A stretch of DNA of 64,000 nt from a virus (Duplodnaviria > Heunggongvirae > Uroviricota > Caudoviricetes): positions 1 through 64,000 of the IMG/VR virus record IMGVR_UViG_3300047560_001287. One strand, written 5' to 3'. Under the pieces are notes generated by a model. It was not told the origin of the DNA, did not search any database, and saw nothing but the letters and a program-made list of their open reading frames with translations. This document shows positions 17,383 through 27,076 of this stretch, piece after piece; position 1 is the first letter of the stretch, and each line of letters starts with the position of its first letter. The position numbers were made by a program, and so were the translations under genes.

Positions 17383-18399
17383 ATGAAAAAATACGCTCTC
17401 ATTGATACTGCTAATACTTTCTTTCGTGCCCGTCACGTTGCATCACGTAACAGTGATACTTGGGAAAAGATTGGCATGGCACTACATCTAACGTTCGCAT
17501 CAGTTAACATGGCTGTGCGTAACTATGGAATCGATCACGTTGTATTCTGTCTTGAGGGTCGCTCATGGCGTAAGGATGTGTACGAACCTTACAAGAAAAA
17601 TCGTATCGTTGATGCTATGTCTGTTACCCAGGCTGAAAAAGAAGAAAATGAAATGTTCTGGGAAACATACGAGGCTTTTACTACCTTTCTCAAAGAAAAA
17701 ACCAACGTTTCTGTTCTTCGGCACGAACGTGCTGAGGCAGATGACTTGATTGCCCGTTTTATTCACTTACACCCAAATGACACGCATTACATTATTTCTA
17801 CTGATTCCGATTATGTTCAGCTTGTTAGTGATAAGGTGTTCCAATACAATGGAGTCACAAATGAACTTATCACGCTCAATGGATATTTCAAAGATAACGG
17901 CAAACCAGCATTAGACAAACAAAAGAATCCTAAACTATTAGAAGACAGTCCTGAATATCTCTTGTTTAAAAAGATTATTCGAGGCGACGGTGGCGACAAC
18001 GTATTCAGTGCATATCCAGGTGTGCGTGAGGTTGGTACTAAAAACAAAATTGGCATCAAAGAAGCATTTGAGGATCGTAACAAACAAGGTTTTAATTGGA
18101 ATAACTTCATGTTGCAAACTTGGGTTGACCACAATAATGTTCAACACAAGGTTCTTGATGATTACAAACGCAACAGAATGTTAATTGATTTGACTGCACA
18201 GCCTGATGACATTAAGGCTGAAGTTGACCAACGTATTCGTGATTCTGTTAGAACACAAAATACACCACAAGTAGGCATTCACTTTATGAAATTCTGCGGA
18301 AAATATGACCTTAATAAAATTGCTGAAAATGCTCAAACTTATAGTAAGTGGCTCAATTGCACATACGAAGGCGCATTACATGAATCACATACTACATAA
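17383..18399 (+). CDS. 5'-3' exonuclease / flap endonuclease (T4 RNase H / T5 D15-like)
   Basis: LIDTANTFFRA, EADDLIA, ISTDSDYVQL, RGDGGDNV acidic-cluster motifs of the PIN/FEN family. Confidence 0.85.
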   Translation: MKKYALIDTANTFFRARHVASRNSDTWEKIGMALHLTFASVNMAVRNYGIDHVVFCLEGRSWRKDVYEPYKKNRIVDAMSVTQAEKEENEMFWETYEAFTTFLKEKTNVSVLRHERAEADDLIARFIHLHPNDTHYIISTDSDYVQLVSDKVFQYNGVTNELITLNGYFKDNGKPALDKQKNPKLLEDSPEYLLFKKIIRGDGGDNVFSAYPGVREVGTKNKIGIKEAFEDRNKQGFNWNNFMLQTWVDHNNVQHKVLDDYKRNRMLIDLTAQPDDIKAEVDQRIRDSVRTQNTPQVGIHFMKFCGKYDLNKIAENAQTYSKWLNCTYEGALHESHTT

Positions 18400-18610
18400 A
18401 CAAATCTACGCAGGGCTATTTGAGATTATCAAAGACCGAGAAATGTACTATCACAGTGCTGTTGGTAGAGATTATAGCCACTTAACTGATAAAGGCAAAG
18501 AAGCATTAGCAAAATGGATGAACGTCATGGCATGGGAAATGCTTGACCTTGAGAAAAAAGAGTTAGATGCTCGTGCTAAAAAGTTAATGTGGGACGAATT
18601 AAAAAAATGA
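18380..18610 (+). CDS. hypothetical protein (76 aa)
   Basis: Internal ATG near FEN stop. Confidence 0.35.
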   Translation: MNHILHKQIYAGLFEIIKDREMYYHSAVGRDYSHLTDKGKEALAKWMNVMAWEMLDLEKKELDARAKKLMWDELKK

Positions 18611-18795
18611 AATCAATCACACTTAATCGCAAACAAGTTCAAGACTTAATTGATATTGTTCTACATTTTAAAGAAGTGGAAGAATTTACCATTGAGCAAG
18701 ATAACTCAAGTGGTATCGGCCCTATCATCAAAGTAAAATGTGAATTGCTTAATAAGCCCACAACTGTGGATATCACTGATGTGGAGAGTTGGTAA
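18607..18795 (+). CDS. hypothetical protein (62 aa)
   Basis: ATGA overlap start. Confidence 0.35.
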   Translation: MKSITLNRKQVQDLIDIVLHFKEVEEFTIEQDNSSGIGPIIKVKCELLNKPTTVDITDVESW

Positions 18796-19022
18796 TGACC
18801 TTTGTTGAAAACGACACTAAGATTAGAGCGATTCGTCAAGGTGATTATGACTTCTACATAACCGACGGTACTAAGTTGTCACCTCGTGCATACATTGAAA
18901 TCTCAGATGTGTGTCCTGCTAATCTTAAATTAGCTATTCAGAGAGCAATGACTGATGGTTACCTTAAAACAGTAGCGTGTGTCAAAGAAAAAGATTACGT
19001 TTGGGAAAAACTAAGCGGTTGA
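18789..19022 (+). CDS. hypothetical protein (77 aa)
   Basis: TAATG overlap start. Confidence 0.4.
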   Translation: MVMTFVENDTKIRAIRQGDYDFYITDGTKLSPRAYIEISDVCPANLKLAIQRAMTDGYLKTVACVKEKDYVWEKLSG

Positions 19023-19047
19023 CAAATGCCGCACCCCGTTGTATACT
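19019..19047 (+). promoter_or_regulatory. sigma70-like promoter TTGACA-17-TATACT
   Basis: -35 overlaps upstream stop GGTTGA. Upstream of SPFH gene. Confidence 0.45.
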
Positions 19048-19084
19048 GTAGTTTCTTTATTATCAACCTTTAAAAGGATTTTTC

Positions 19085-19936
19085 ATGTTTTTAATTTTTA
19101 TCAGCATTCTTGTATTGATTGCCGCAACAGTAGCAAGTAAATTGTTTTTACAAAAAGCGAGCCCTGGCTTTGCAGGTGGTCTTTTGTTTATGATTGTTGT
19201 AATTGCGTTTGAATCAATCACTGTTGTTCCAGCCGGTCATCGTGGTGTTCAAGTAACAATGGGTACTGTTAACCCAGTTGTTTTAGAAAGTGGTTGGCAG
19301 TTTGTTAACCCTATCTCAAGTGTTAAAAACGTGAACGTACAAATTCAACGTGCAACGTATGAAGGTGCGGCGGCAGGTACTAAAGACTTGCAACAAGTTC
19401 ACACTGATATCACAACCAACTATCACTTGAGTCCAGAGAAGGTAGCTGTTATCTATCGTGACTTTGGTCTTAACGTAGTTGACAAGGTTCTTGCACCTAG
19501 CTTGAACGAAGCATTCAAGTCTATCACTGGTCACTATACAAGTGAGGAATTGATTACAAAACGTGATGAAGTATCACAGAAAATCCTTGAACATGTTCGT
19601 GTGAAGGTTGCACAGTTTGACATTCAAATTGATAACGTAAGTCTAGTTAACTTTGGCTTTAGTAAGAGTTACCAAGAAGCTATTGAGCAAAAAGTTATTG
19701 CAACACAGCAAAAACAAAAGGCTGAACAAGACTTGGAACGTATTAAAGTTGAAGCCGCAAGTCGTATCGCACAAGCTGAAGGTGAAGCCAAAGCTATTGC
19801 AATTCAAGCAAGTGCTATTCAAAGTCAAGGTGGTCAACAATACGTGCAACTACAATGGATCGAAAAGTGGGACGGCAAAATGCCCAACACAGTGGTCAAT
19901 GGTAGTCAAGGTATGATGCTCAACGTAGGTAAGTAA
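19085..19936 (+). CDS. SPFH/band-7 (prohibitin/HflK-like) membrane protein
   Basis: N-terminal TM then ITVVPAGHRGVQVTMG and coiled-coil QQKQKAEQDLERIKVEAA. Confidence 0.8.
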   Translation: MFLIFISILVLIAATVASKLFLQKASPGFAGGLLFMIVVIAFESITVVPAGHRGVQVTMGTVNPVVLESGWQFVNPISSVKNVNVQIQRATYEGAAAGTKDLQQVHTDITTNYHLSPEKVAVIYRDFGLNVVDKVLAPSLNEAFKSITGHYTSEELITKRDEVSQKILEHVRVKVAQFDIQIDNVSLVNFGFSKSYQEAIEQKVIATQQKQKAEQDLERIKVEAASRIAQAEGEAKAIAIQASAIQSQGGQQYVQLQWIEKWDGKMPNTVVNGSQGMMLNVGK

Positions 19937-19937
19937 A

Positions 19938-20120
19938 ATGAGCGGACTAGGCATTATTCAAGAGGAATCCCCGCAACGTTGTGAAATGTGTGGGGTGATT
20001 GAAGAATGTCGTCCGTATGGCCCAAACAACGAAGAAATTTGTTTTGATTGCGCCATGAAGGACGAAGAAACAACAGAACGCAAAATGAAAGCGTATATTT
20101 TCGGAGAAAGTAATGATTGA
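19938..20120 (+). CDS. small zinc-ribbon protein
   Basis: CEMCG...CFDCAM CxxC pairs. Confidence 0.4.
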   Translation: MSGLGIIQEESPQRCEMCGVIEECRPYGPNNEEICFDCAMKDEETTERKMKAYIFGESND

Positions 20121-20487
20121 TTCAATCTTGTTTTTGCTAGCACTGCTTTTTATTAAACATTGGTATATTGACTTTGTGGATCAAACCAACGAAGAAGTAG
20201 CAAGCAAAGGCATTTATGGTGATCCTATCGGAATCGGACATTCAGCAAAACATGGTATTGCTACTGTTATGTGTATTCTCGCAATCACTGGTGGTTCTGC
20301 TTATAACTACTTTGCATACGCAATGGCTCTAGGATTCTTAGATTTCACTATTCATTATCATGTTGATTGGATCAAAATGAATTACGGTAATCGTGATATT
20401 AAGACCCCTGCTTTTTGGAATCATTTAGGTCTTGACCAACTTGCACATTACTTAACATATCTATTAATCGCACGGATGGTTGTATGA
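20113..20487 (+). CDS. membrane protein (124 aa)
   Basis: ATGA overlap. 3-4 hydrophobic helices. Confidence 0.4.
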   Translation: MIDSILFLLALLFIKHWYIDFVDQTNEEVASKGIYGDPIGIGHSAKHGIATVMCILAITGGSAYNYFAYAMALGFLDFTIHYHVDWIKMNYGNRDIKTPAFWNHLGLDQLAHYLTYLLIARMVV

Positions 20488-20771
20488 GTGGTGGACATTT
20501 TCAATACAAGCAATGGGAAATAGGTTACATTGCTGACGAAGTTGAACAGTTAATCATTGATAATGACAATGATGAAAAAGACCGTTACGGTGATATTAAG
20601 GGCTGTCATTTTTCTCCAGAAACAATAAAAGAATTCAAGCAAGGTTTACTTATCTTAAGACAAGCACATATCTATGCTCAACGCATTGACTGGCTTGTAT
20701 CAGGAGATGACGGAGAAGATTCTTTTCGCAACCGCTTAAAATCTGAACTAGAGAAATTAAATGTTGAATAA
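20484..20771 (+). CDS. hypothetical protein (95 aa)
   Basis: ATGA overlap. Confidence 0.4.
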   Translation: MSGGHFQYKQWEIGYIADEVEQLIIDNDNDEKDRYGDIKGCHFSPETIKEFKQGLLILRQAHIYAQRIDWLVSGDDGEDSFRNRLKSELEKLNVE

Positions 20772-21066
20772 ATTTAGACCACAAGATTTGTCAAAAACGT
20801 ATGTTATGAAGCAACGCCTTAAGACCGGGCGCTCAGAAAACTACAATTGGCAAACACGGGTAGAATGGTATCCGGCAATTTGGTCTACTCACCAGCAACA
20901 ACTTTCTAAACGTTTTACTAGATTGCATTATCTTGCATGCCATGCTCCTGCCCCAATAAGAAAACAATGGGCAAATGCCTATAAGATGTTTTACAAACGT
21001 CATTTTGGTACGGACAATGCAAGTATGAGATACCTTAACAAGTATACCTGCCACAACTGGATGTAA
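20761..21066 (+). CDS. hypothetical protein (101 aa)
   Basis: ORF in early-gene-like run. Confidence 0.35.
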   Translation: MLNKFRPQDLSKTYVMKQRLKTGRSENYNWQTRVEWYPAIWSTHQQQLSKRFTRLHYLACHAPAPIRKQWANAYKMFYKRHFGTDNASMRYLNKYTCHNWM

Positions 21067-21067
21067 C

Positions 21068-21403
21068 ATGACACTTACAGAATATTTTGCCCAAAATAGA
21101 TACCATGCTAAATATGAATTCGGTGAAAGAGTATTTGGTCATTGGAATAAAATTCCATTTATAGGTAGTGTTGGCAACGACACACTTGTAAGTGAATTGG
21201 AGGGTCCTAGACTCAGCATACATTTGGATTTACCAATCATGTATGAAAATGAAGTGCGTACAGTTATAATTGTAAAGCACAAAGACGTTAAAAAACTAAC
21301 GTCATACGACAAAGAGGAAATAGATGACAAACACACTAATAGCAAAACCAGTAGTAAAAAACCAGTTTTGGATAGTAACAAACGGAAAAGAAAAAGTAGG
21401 TAA
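21068..21403 (+). CDS. hypothetical protein (111 aa)
   Basis: ORF. Confidence 0.35.
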   Translation: MTLTEYFAQNRYHAKYEFGERVFGHWNKIPFIGSVGNDTLVSELEGPRLSIHLDLPIMYENEVRTVIIVKHKDVKKLTSYDKEEIDDKHTNSKTSSKKPVLDSNKRKRKSR

Positions 21404-21782
21404 TGTTATTGCTGATGGATCAGGTTTTGAAGTAAAACTGAACGGCAATAAGTCTCATTACAAGAACACATCCGCTATCCAAAAGCAAGTTCATATTGAA
21501 TTTCAAACAGCTAAGAAAGAAAAGGTAACTCCTGCCACGCCTTTCAGTGAATTTCCAACAACTAAGAAAGTTTATAACTCAGTGTTGGATATTAAACGCA
21601 AAATACATTTATTCACTAAAACACCCAAATCAAAATGTTATCATGCGGCAGGTTGGTATTCTTTACAACAAGGTACTGAACCTTCTGTAGTTTTTTGCCC
21701 AAAATACATTTTTATCCAGCGTTATCCATACGAGGGGCCTTTTAAAACCGAAAATGAAGCAAAAAATAGCATAAATAAGTAA
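21324..21782 (+). CDS. hypothetical protein (152 aa)
   Basis: AGAGGA RBS. Overlaps upstream ORF by 80 nt. Confidence 0.4.
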   Translation: MTNTLIAKPVVKNQFWIVTNGKEKVGNVIADGSGFEVKLNGNKSHYKNTSAIQKQVHIEFQTAKKEKVTPATPFSEFPTTKKVYNSVLDIKRKIHLFTKTPKSKCYHAAGWYSLQQGTEPSVVFCPKYIFIQRYPYEGPFKTENEAKNSINK

Positions 21783-21979
21783 TGATTCAAATAAAGAAGT
21801 TCATCGATAAAGTTAGCTATATTGAGACTAGACAAGGTAAGGATGTTGTGATACCTATGTCTGATGCCCGTGGCTTACGTGATGAACTGGCTAAGTTGTT
21901 AGCAGACCAGTTAGAATCAATGAAAGATGCCCCTGAGGAGGTAATACAAATATCAGTATCAGGGGGAACGTTTAAATGA
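21782..21979 (+). CDS. hypothetical protein (65 aa)
   Basis: TAATG overlap. Confidence 0.35.
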   Translation: MIQIKKFIDKVSYIETRQGKDVVIPMSDARGLRDELAKLLADQLESMKDAPEEVIQISVSGGTFK

Positions 21980-22269
21980 GTAGAACACAACCAAAAGTAT
22001 TACTAGAAATAGTAGATAAGCAAACATACAAATGTGACCAAATTGTTGAAGCGTCAGGTATTTGGGCAGTGTTCTATGACGGTCAACCAATCAATCTAAA
22101 AAGCCAACATTACTTAGATAGTGAAGCAACACCTAAGTATAAGAAAACAAGTTTCAGTAATCCAGGTCATGCTAGAAACCTCTGTAGAAAATTAAACAGA
22201 CAGTTTAAAACAGACAAGTTCACTGTTGTGTTTATGAATAATGGTACAGTCGTGTACCCAGATGAGTAA
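21976..22269 (+). CDS. hypothetical protein (97 aa)
   Basis: ATGA overlap. Confidence 0.4.
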   Translation: MSRTQPKVLLEIVDKQTYKCDQIVEASGIWAVFYDGQPINLKSQHYLDSEATPKYKKTSFSNPGHARNLCRKLNRQFKTDKFTVVFMNNGTVVYPDE

Positions 22270-22651
22270 AAAATCAGTCAAACAGACTATTACCGAGGCA
22301 GTATTAGCACAGCTAGTGCCTACAAACGAGCCTATTGAAAGAATAATAAACGAGTGGTGGTTCACTAAGTCAAGCGAAGGGCTTAGGTTAAGTCCATTGG
22401 GCGACTTGTGTTTTCGTCAAGCAGAGATAGAATACTTTGATTTACCAATCACAGTAACTCAATCAAACTGGCACAAGTTTATTATGGACTGTAGTAAGAA
22501 AATAAAATGTCCATATTATATAGGTGTGAACAAAGACGAACTAAAAAAGAGTAAAGCATACATTAGACTTTACGATAGTAAAATTGCAATGCTAATGCAA
22601 ATTTACGGAGACATTCACAGTTACTTAGAATCAGTAAAATCTAGGAATTAA
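22262..22651 (+). CDS. hypothetical protein (129 aa)
   Basis: ATGA overlap internal start. Confidence 0.4.
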   Translation: MSKKSVKQTITEAVLAQLVPTNEPIERIINEWWFTKSSEGLRLSPLGDLCFRQAEIEYFDLPITVTQSNWHKFIMDCSKKIKCPYYIGVNKDELKKSKAYIRLYDSKIAMLMQIYGDIHSYLESVKSRN

Positions 22652-23130
22652 TACCAGGCACCTTCATTACGCATACGTTTGATGAAATTCAAGTATGTAC
22701 TACAAACACCATAGCATCGTAAATGAACTGTACTTAGCATTCCACGGTCTTCAATTTCTGGTAATACTACAATACTTGATTCGTTAATTGCTACCGTACC
22801 TGGTGTCCATAACTGACCACTACTAACTGTAGTAGGTTCATTTGGTGTAGTGAACCAAAAGTAATGTGGATATAATTTTGCAGGTTGTGTAGATAACCAT
22901 TCTTGCATGTCAGTGTTTCTAGCGTTTAACCAAAATCTATTACCTTGAATGTAGTGTTCGGTAACCTCTATGGTTGGTTCATAAGAACCTAAGTACACTT
23001 TATTATCTACACGCCATACGTCAACCATGCAGGAATAACCCGAATTGAACGCTTTGCCGATTTGGTTTGGTGTGTTCGCATCTTCATAGTTTGTACCATC
23101 GAAAATACCTTGATAAGAAATGTATAACAT
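22648..23130 (-). CDS. hypothetical protein, weak GDPD-like (glycerophosphodiester phosphodiesterase) N-terminal resemblance
   Basis: ISYQGIFDG...DANTPNQIGKAFNSGYSCMVDVWRVDNKVYLG loosely parallels HRG...ENT..AF..G.D.E.DV..TKDG. Catalytic His/Arg not conserved. Confidence 0.35.
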   Translation of the reverse strand: MLYISYQGIFDGTNYEDANTPNQIGKAFNSGYSCMVDVWRVDNKVYLGSYEPTIEVTEHYIQGNRFWLNARNTDMQEWLSTQPAKLYPHYFWFTTPNEPTTVSSGQLWTPGTVAINESSIVVLPEIEDRGMLSTVHLRCYGVCSTYLNFIKRMRNEGAWY

Positions 23131-23214
23131 CTAGTATTTATGTCAACGCTAACGATACCTGTAGCGTTAAATATATACTACAGATAATTGTAGTATTTTT
23201 AAAAGGAAATTACC

Positions 23215-23472
23215 ATGAAATCAATCGTTACTCTAATCGCTTCTTTAGTTGCAGTATCAGCGTTCGCCGCAGAACCTGCTAAAAAGGAAGAAAAGAAAGT
23301 AGAAGCCAAACCTGCTGTTACTGCCCCTGCGGCCGCACCAGCAACTGCACCAGCACCCGCTAAAGCAGAAGCACCAAAGACAGAAATGAAATTGGCTAAG
23401 AAGAAAGAGGACAAGTCTGCCACTAAAGCAGACGCTACCAAAAGTCCCCAAGCCGAAACTCCTAAGAAGTAA
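23215..23472 (+). CDS. secreted Ala/Pro/Lys-rich low-complexity protein
   Basis: Signal peptide MKSIVTLIASLVAVSAFAA then AAPATAPAPAKAEAPK repeats. Confidence 0.45.
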   Translation: MKSIVTLIASLVAVSAFAAEPAKKEEKKVEAKPAVTAPAAAPATAPAPAKAEAPKTEMKLAKKKEDKSATKADATKSPQAETPKK

Positions 23473-23764
23473 TCCTCTTAGAAAATCTCTAATCATCAGT
23501 GGTGCTGACCCAAACAGCACTATTGATGACGAGGATCTAATAACGTTCTATCGCAGAGAACACCGATTCAATGAATTGGAAGATGAGATAGACGATATGG
23601 AACTCTCAGATGAGATTAAATTTCGACTATTTTTGGCTAGAGTCAAAGCTCTAAAAAAATATAAAGAAATATATTATAATAGAGTTACATAGGCACTAAA
23701 TACTATGTCAGTTACAGTTCTGTAAAAACTGATTTTTAAACACACATTAACACAGGAGAAAATT

Positions 23765-24049
23765 ATGTTTAATTCATTCGCATTCCAAGCCGTAGACGGC
23801 GTTCAATCTGCTAAAAAGCAATTCGTTTCCACTTTCGTTCCACAAGAGCAAATCAAAAGTGCTTTGAACAGTTTCGTTGACGCACAAACTCAATACACAA
23901 AAGACGCTATCACTGCTGGCTCTGTTGCTTTCACTAAAGTAACTGAAGTTTTCACAGACCGCACACCTTATGTAAAGTTTGCTGAGACATTGCAATCATA
24001 CTTCCCTACAGCCGCTTGCGCTAAGCCAACAAGTAAGAAGGCTAAGTAA
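23765..24049 (+). CDS. hypothetical protein (94 aa)
   Basis: AGGAGA RBS. Confidence 0.4.
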   Translation: MFNSFAFQAVDGVQSAKKQFVSTFVPQEQIKSALNSFVDAQTQYTKDAITAGSVAFTKVTEVFTDRTPYVKFAETLQSYFPTAACAKPTSKKAK

Positions 24050-24050
24050 T

Positions 24051-24236
24051 ATGTTCATCATCCTACTAATGCTAGTCTTAGCAGTAGCCGGGGTGTATGT
24101 GGCAAAGTCTGCTAAGGCTAGTTCTTATGGTTCTAGCCTTGAGCAATATATCGCAGATAACAATCCACAACATTCAGGTGATGTTGACCGTTTGACTGCT
24201 GAATACAACCTCAAAGTTTCTAGAGGTGAAATTTAA
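24051..24236 (+). CDS. small membrane protein (61 aa)
   Basis: MFIILLMLVLAVAGVYVA hydrophobic N-terminus. Confidence 0.35.
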   Translation: MFIILLMLVLAVAGVYVAKSAKASSYGSSLEQYIADNNPQHSGDVDRLTAEYNLKVSRGEI

Positions 24237-24815
24237 ATGATTACTGTTCAGCACGGCAACATCTATAAGATTAGTGACTATGCTAGACACTTGAAGAACC
24301 TTAGTGAAGAGGATCGTTATTCTCGCTTTGGTTATCACGCAAGTGACTATAACATAGACCAATTTATCTTACAGATGTGTTATCATCCTAAAGACCACGA
24401 ATTGTGGTTTGCTAGAAATGATGATAGTCGTGTTGGCTGGGGTCACATGGCAAAGAATCAAGATGGTTCATGGGAACTTGCAGTGTCAGTTGATGTTGAA
24501 TATCAACGTCAAGGCGTTGCAAACATGTTGATGAAAGAAATGCTTGTATGGTCTAAGTTTCATTCAATACCAGAAGTTTACATGCACTGTATTGAGAACA
24601 ACAGAGTTATTCAACACCTTGCTCAAAAGCATGAGTTGAAAACTAGAGACAAAGGTGATGGTGAAAGAACGGCAGCTATTGAAGTTCCAGAGCCTAACTT
24701 TGTAGAAGTGAACACACAGTTGTTCAAAGAGCAGGCTGAGATAGTAAGTGAGATTAATAGACTACGAGGTAAACTCGCAAGTTTGTGGATCAATCCTTCT
24801 CACCATTTCGATTGA
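24237..24815 (+). CDS. GNAT-family N-acetyltransferase
   Basis: VEYQRQGVANMLM matches GNAT motif A (Q/RxxGxG/A). Confidence 0.6.
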   Translation: MITVQHGNIYKISDYARHLKNLSEEDRYSRFGYHASDYNIDQFILQMCYHPKDHELWFARNDDSRVGWGHMAKNQDGSWELAVSVDVEYQRQGVANMLMKEMLVWSKFHSIPEVYMHCIENNRVIQHLAQKHELKTRDKGDGERTAAIEVPEPNFVEVNTQLFKEQAEIVSEINRLRGKLASLWINPSHHFD

Positions 24816-24858
24816 TTAAAAATCGTAAAACAGACATAATTACACACAGGAGAAAAAA

Positions 24859-25128
24859 ATGTCAGACTTAACACCAAAACTACCAGAAGTAAAATTCAAC
24901 AAAAACGGATATGAAATCCGCACAGACATTCTAGCAATGGCTAAAGACATGGTTCAATCAGAATACTCTATGAAGTATCAAGGTTGGGAAATGACTGCTA
25001 CACGTGACGAAAAGACAGGTCAAATTGTTAATACAGTTGCAATGCCAGAGTTTCCTGGTCTAGATAAGATCCTAGAAACTGCTGAAAAAATGTATACATT
25101 TGTAAACCAAGGACAAAGTAAAAAGTAA
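24859..25128 (+). CDS. hypothetical protein (89 aa)
   Basis: AGGAGA RBS. Confidence 0.4.
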   Translation: MSDLTPKLPEVKFNKNGYEIRTDILAMAKDMVQSEYSMKYQGWEMTATRDEKTGQIVNTVAMPEFPGLDKILETAEKMYTFVNQGQSKK

Positions 25129-25141
25129 TACTTTTTATTAT

Positions 25142-25171
25142 TTGACAATAAACCCCATAGTGTGTCATAAT
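25142..25171 (+). promoter_or_regulatory. sigma70-like promoter TTGACAATAAACC...CATAAT (diverged cassette copy)
   Basis: -35 TTGACA, 18-bp spacer. Confidence 0.4.
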
Positions 25172-25187
25172 GCAATACAGACACACT

Positions 25188-26435
25188 ATGGGTTTTCCTA
25201 TGCGTACATTATTTTTAATTGCTACTCTATTACTTTCAGCATGCGGTGGAGGCGGTGGTGGCACTTCAGGTGCAGTTGCAACATCAGTTGTAAGTTGCAC
25301 ACTTAAAACATATTCAACGACTTATCCCAATGACTACAATGGGTCAAATTTAATTCCCACACCCACCCAACGTTTTGCTAATAACGTGATGCGTAGCATA
25401 GGTGTGAAAGATTATTACCCTGGTGATAATAACGGATGTAATACAGTAGCAGAACATTCACGTTTACTTTACAAGAAAACACTAGACAAACTTCAAATTG
25501 ATAATGTCGATACTGTAGAGATTTACCAATATGGTCCGGTAACTAATTTCAATGACGCTGTTTGGACTAGCAATGAAGCTAGTTGGCAAATTCCCAAGAA
25601 TGAATTGATTTGGTTTATTCAAGAGGCTCACAGTAGAAATATTAAAGTAACATTAGTATGGCAGTTGTGGCCGAATGACAGTCTCGGTAATCAAATCAAT
25701 ACAACGAACCCGACCGAGGCTGAAATGCTCAGAGTATTACGTGGCTGGCATAATATCATTATGGACATGGCTAGATTCAGTAATACGAATAGTGTTGACA
25801 ATTTGTATATTCAATGGAGTGCGTTTCATTATCCTATCGTCACCACATATACTGAATCAGCTACATTAGAGTTTATCAGTATCATTGATGACATTCGCAC
25901 AGTATTCAACGGAAAACTATTCATGGGTACTCCTCGATTCTATGACAGACGCATCATTGAAAAAGTTGATGCTATTGTAATTCCATTGAGTCCTAGTAAT
26001 TGGAGTTTTGTTGACGATAGTAATATCTCAGTTAGTCTATTGAAAGATAGATACCGTGATGCGATTATCGGGAAGTATTTAGATTTTAGTTTGTACTCAA
26101 ATATGCTTCCTGCTAATATCCCTGTCATTTGGGACTTTAACATTCAAAGCCGAGATAAAGCATTAAGTCAAGGTTGGGTTGAAGATGGCTTTTGTGTTAA
26201 TAATTGTATTCAGAATACTTACGTAACTGATTTTAGTATTCAAGCATTAGCAGTTGAAGGTGCATTTCAAGCTATCAAAGAACAAACATATTTCAAAACG
26301 TATGGAGTTAATTTCAGTACAGGATATTGGCATACTGATACATTGACTGCTGGATCAGAGGGATTTCCTAATCTATCACAAAGCATTAGAGGAAAGCCTG
26401 CTGAGAATATTGTTAAATATTGGTTCGCTAAATAA
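25188..26435 (+). CDS. lipoprotein (about 415 aa), function unknown
   Basis: MRTLFLIATLLLSAC lipobox followed by GGGGG linker. Start placed downstream of the -10 element (called ATG 25170 lies inside the -10). Start is uncertain (25188 vs 25200). Confidence 0.5.
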   Translation: MGFPMRTLFLIATLLLSACGGGGGGTSGAVATSVVSCTLKTYSTTYPNDYNGSNLIPTPTQRFANNVMRSIGVKDYYPGDNNGCNTVAEHSRLLYKKTLDKLQIDNVDTVEIYQYGPVTNFNDAVWTSNEASWQIPKNELIWFIQEAHSRNIKVTLVWQLWPNDSLGNQINTTNPTEAEMLRVLRGWHNIIMDMARFSNTNSVDNLYIQWSAFHYPIVTTYTESATLEFISIIDDIRTVFNGKLFMGTPRFYDRRIIEKVDAIVIPLSPSNWSFVDDSNISVSLLKDRYRDAIIGKYLDFSLYSNMLPANIPVIWDFNIQSRDKALSQGWVEDGFCVNNCIQNTYVTDFSIQALAVEGAFQAIKEQTYFKTYGVNFSTGYWHTDTLTAGSEGFPNLSQSIRGKPAENIVKYWFAK

Positions 26436-26438
26436 TGC

Positions 26439-27065
26439 ATGGAACAGTACTCAATAATAGGTATCAGTGGTGCCGTCGATCCTTTTCTAGTTGAAACATT
26501 TCACAAGCTAGGAGTTTCAGCTACATACAACGTGAGCAAACCATTATCTGACCATCAAACTGCAATCATTGTTTCATATGGTCATGGAGGTTTTGCTTGG
26601 ACGATGACCTCACATTTTCTTTCACACGTTCGTAAATTAACACCCTCTAACTTCACTGATTGGAAAAGACATTGGGTCGGTGAAGGTGACATATCATGTA
26701 AAGAAGATATCACGCCCGAACGTTGGGCTAGACATGTTTTAGTCAGTCATAAACATATTGGTGCAAAAGAACCATTGAACGGGTTGTTTGTTGAATTAGA
26801 AAAACGAATCAACAATGATAATTGCCCTAGACATGAAATCAAACTTGAAGATATCGTAACAGACCCTGAGAAAGTTTTGTCACAGATTAGTCAAATTCTC
26901 AACAAAGAAATACCCGATGATGTACGTTCCTTCTTCCTGTCAGCGTTGAAAAACAAGAAGGAAATCATGGCTCCCTGGATGAATACTTTAGTACTACAAA
27001 ATAATAATTCCCGAAACTTGACAATAAATCACTTTGGCTATACAATTGACTTATTGATTGATTAA
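26439..27065 (+). CDS. divergent member (H) of the sulfotransferase-fold-like paralog family
   Basis: N-terminal IIGISGAVD Gly-rich strand. C-terminal DPEKVLSQISQILNKEI...FF..L....EIMAPW shares the family motif. Confidence 0.45.
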   Translation: MEQYSIIGISGAVDPFLVETFHKLGVSATYNVSKPLSDHQTAIIVSYGHGGFAWTMTSHFLSHVRKLTPSNFTDWKRHWVGEGDISCKEDITPERWARHVLVSHKHIGAKEPLNGLFVELEKRINNDNCPRHEIKLEDIVTDPEKVLSQISQILNKEIPDDVRSFFLSALKNKKEIMAPWMNTLVLQNNNSRNLTINHFGYTIDLLID

Positions 27066-27076
27066 AGGAGCATCAC

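Noticed and set aside
23199-23520. Two minus-strand ORFs of 80-87 aa rich in Ala/Gly/Cys/Trp
   Set aside because: Antisense of the Ala/Pro/Lys-rich secreted-protein gene 23215-23472. The repetitive GC-rich codons keep the reverse frames open.
23473-23764. 292-bp gap examined for a missed gene or RNA
   Set aside because: Only a 33-codon ATG-initiated frame without an RBS. No obvious structured-RNA signature. Probably promoter/regulatory space, but unresolved.
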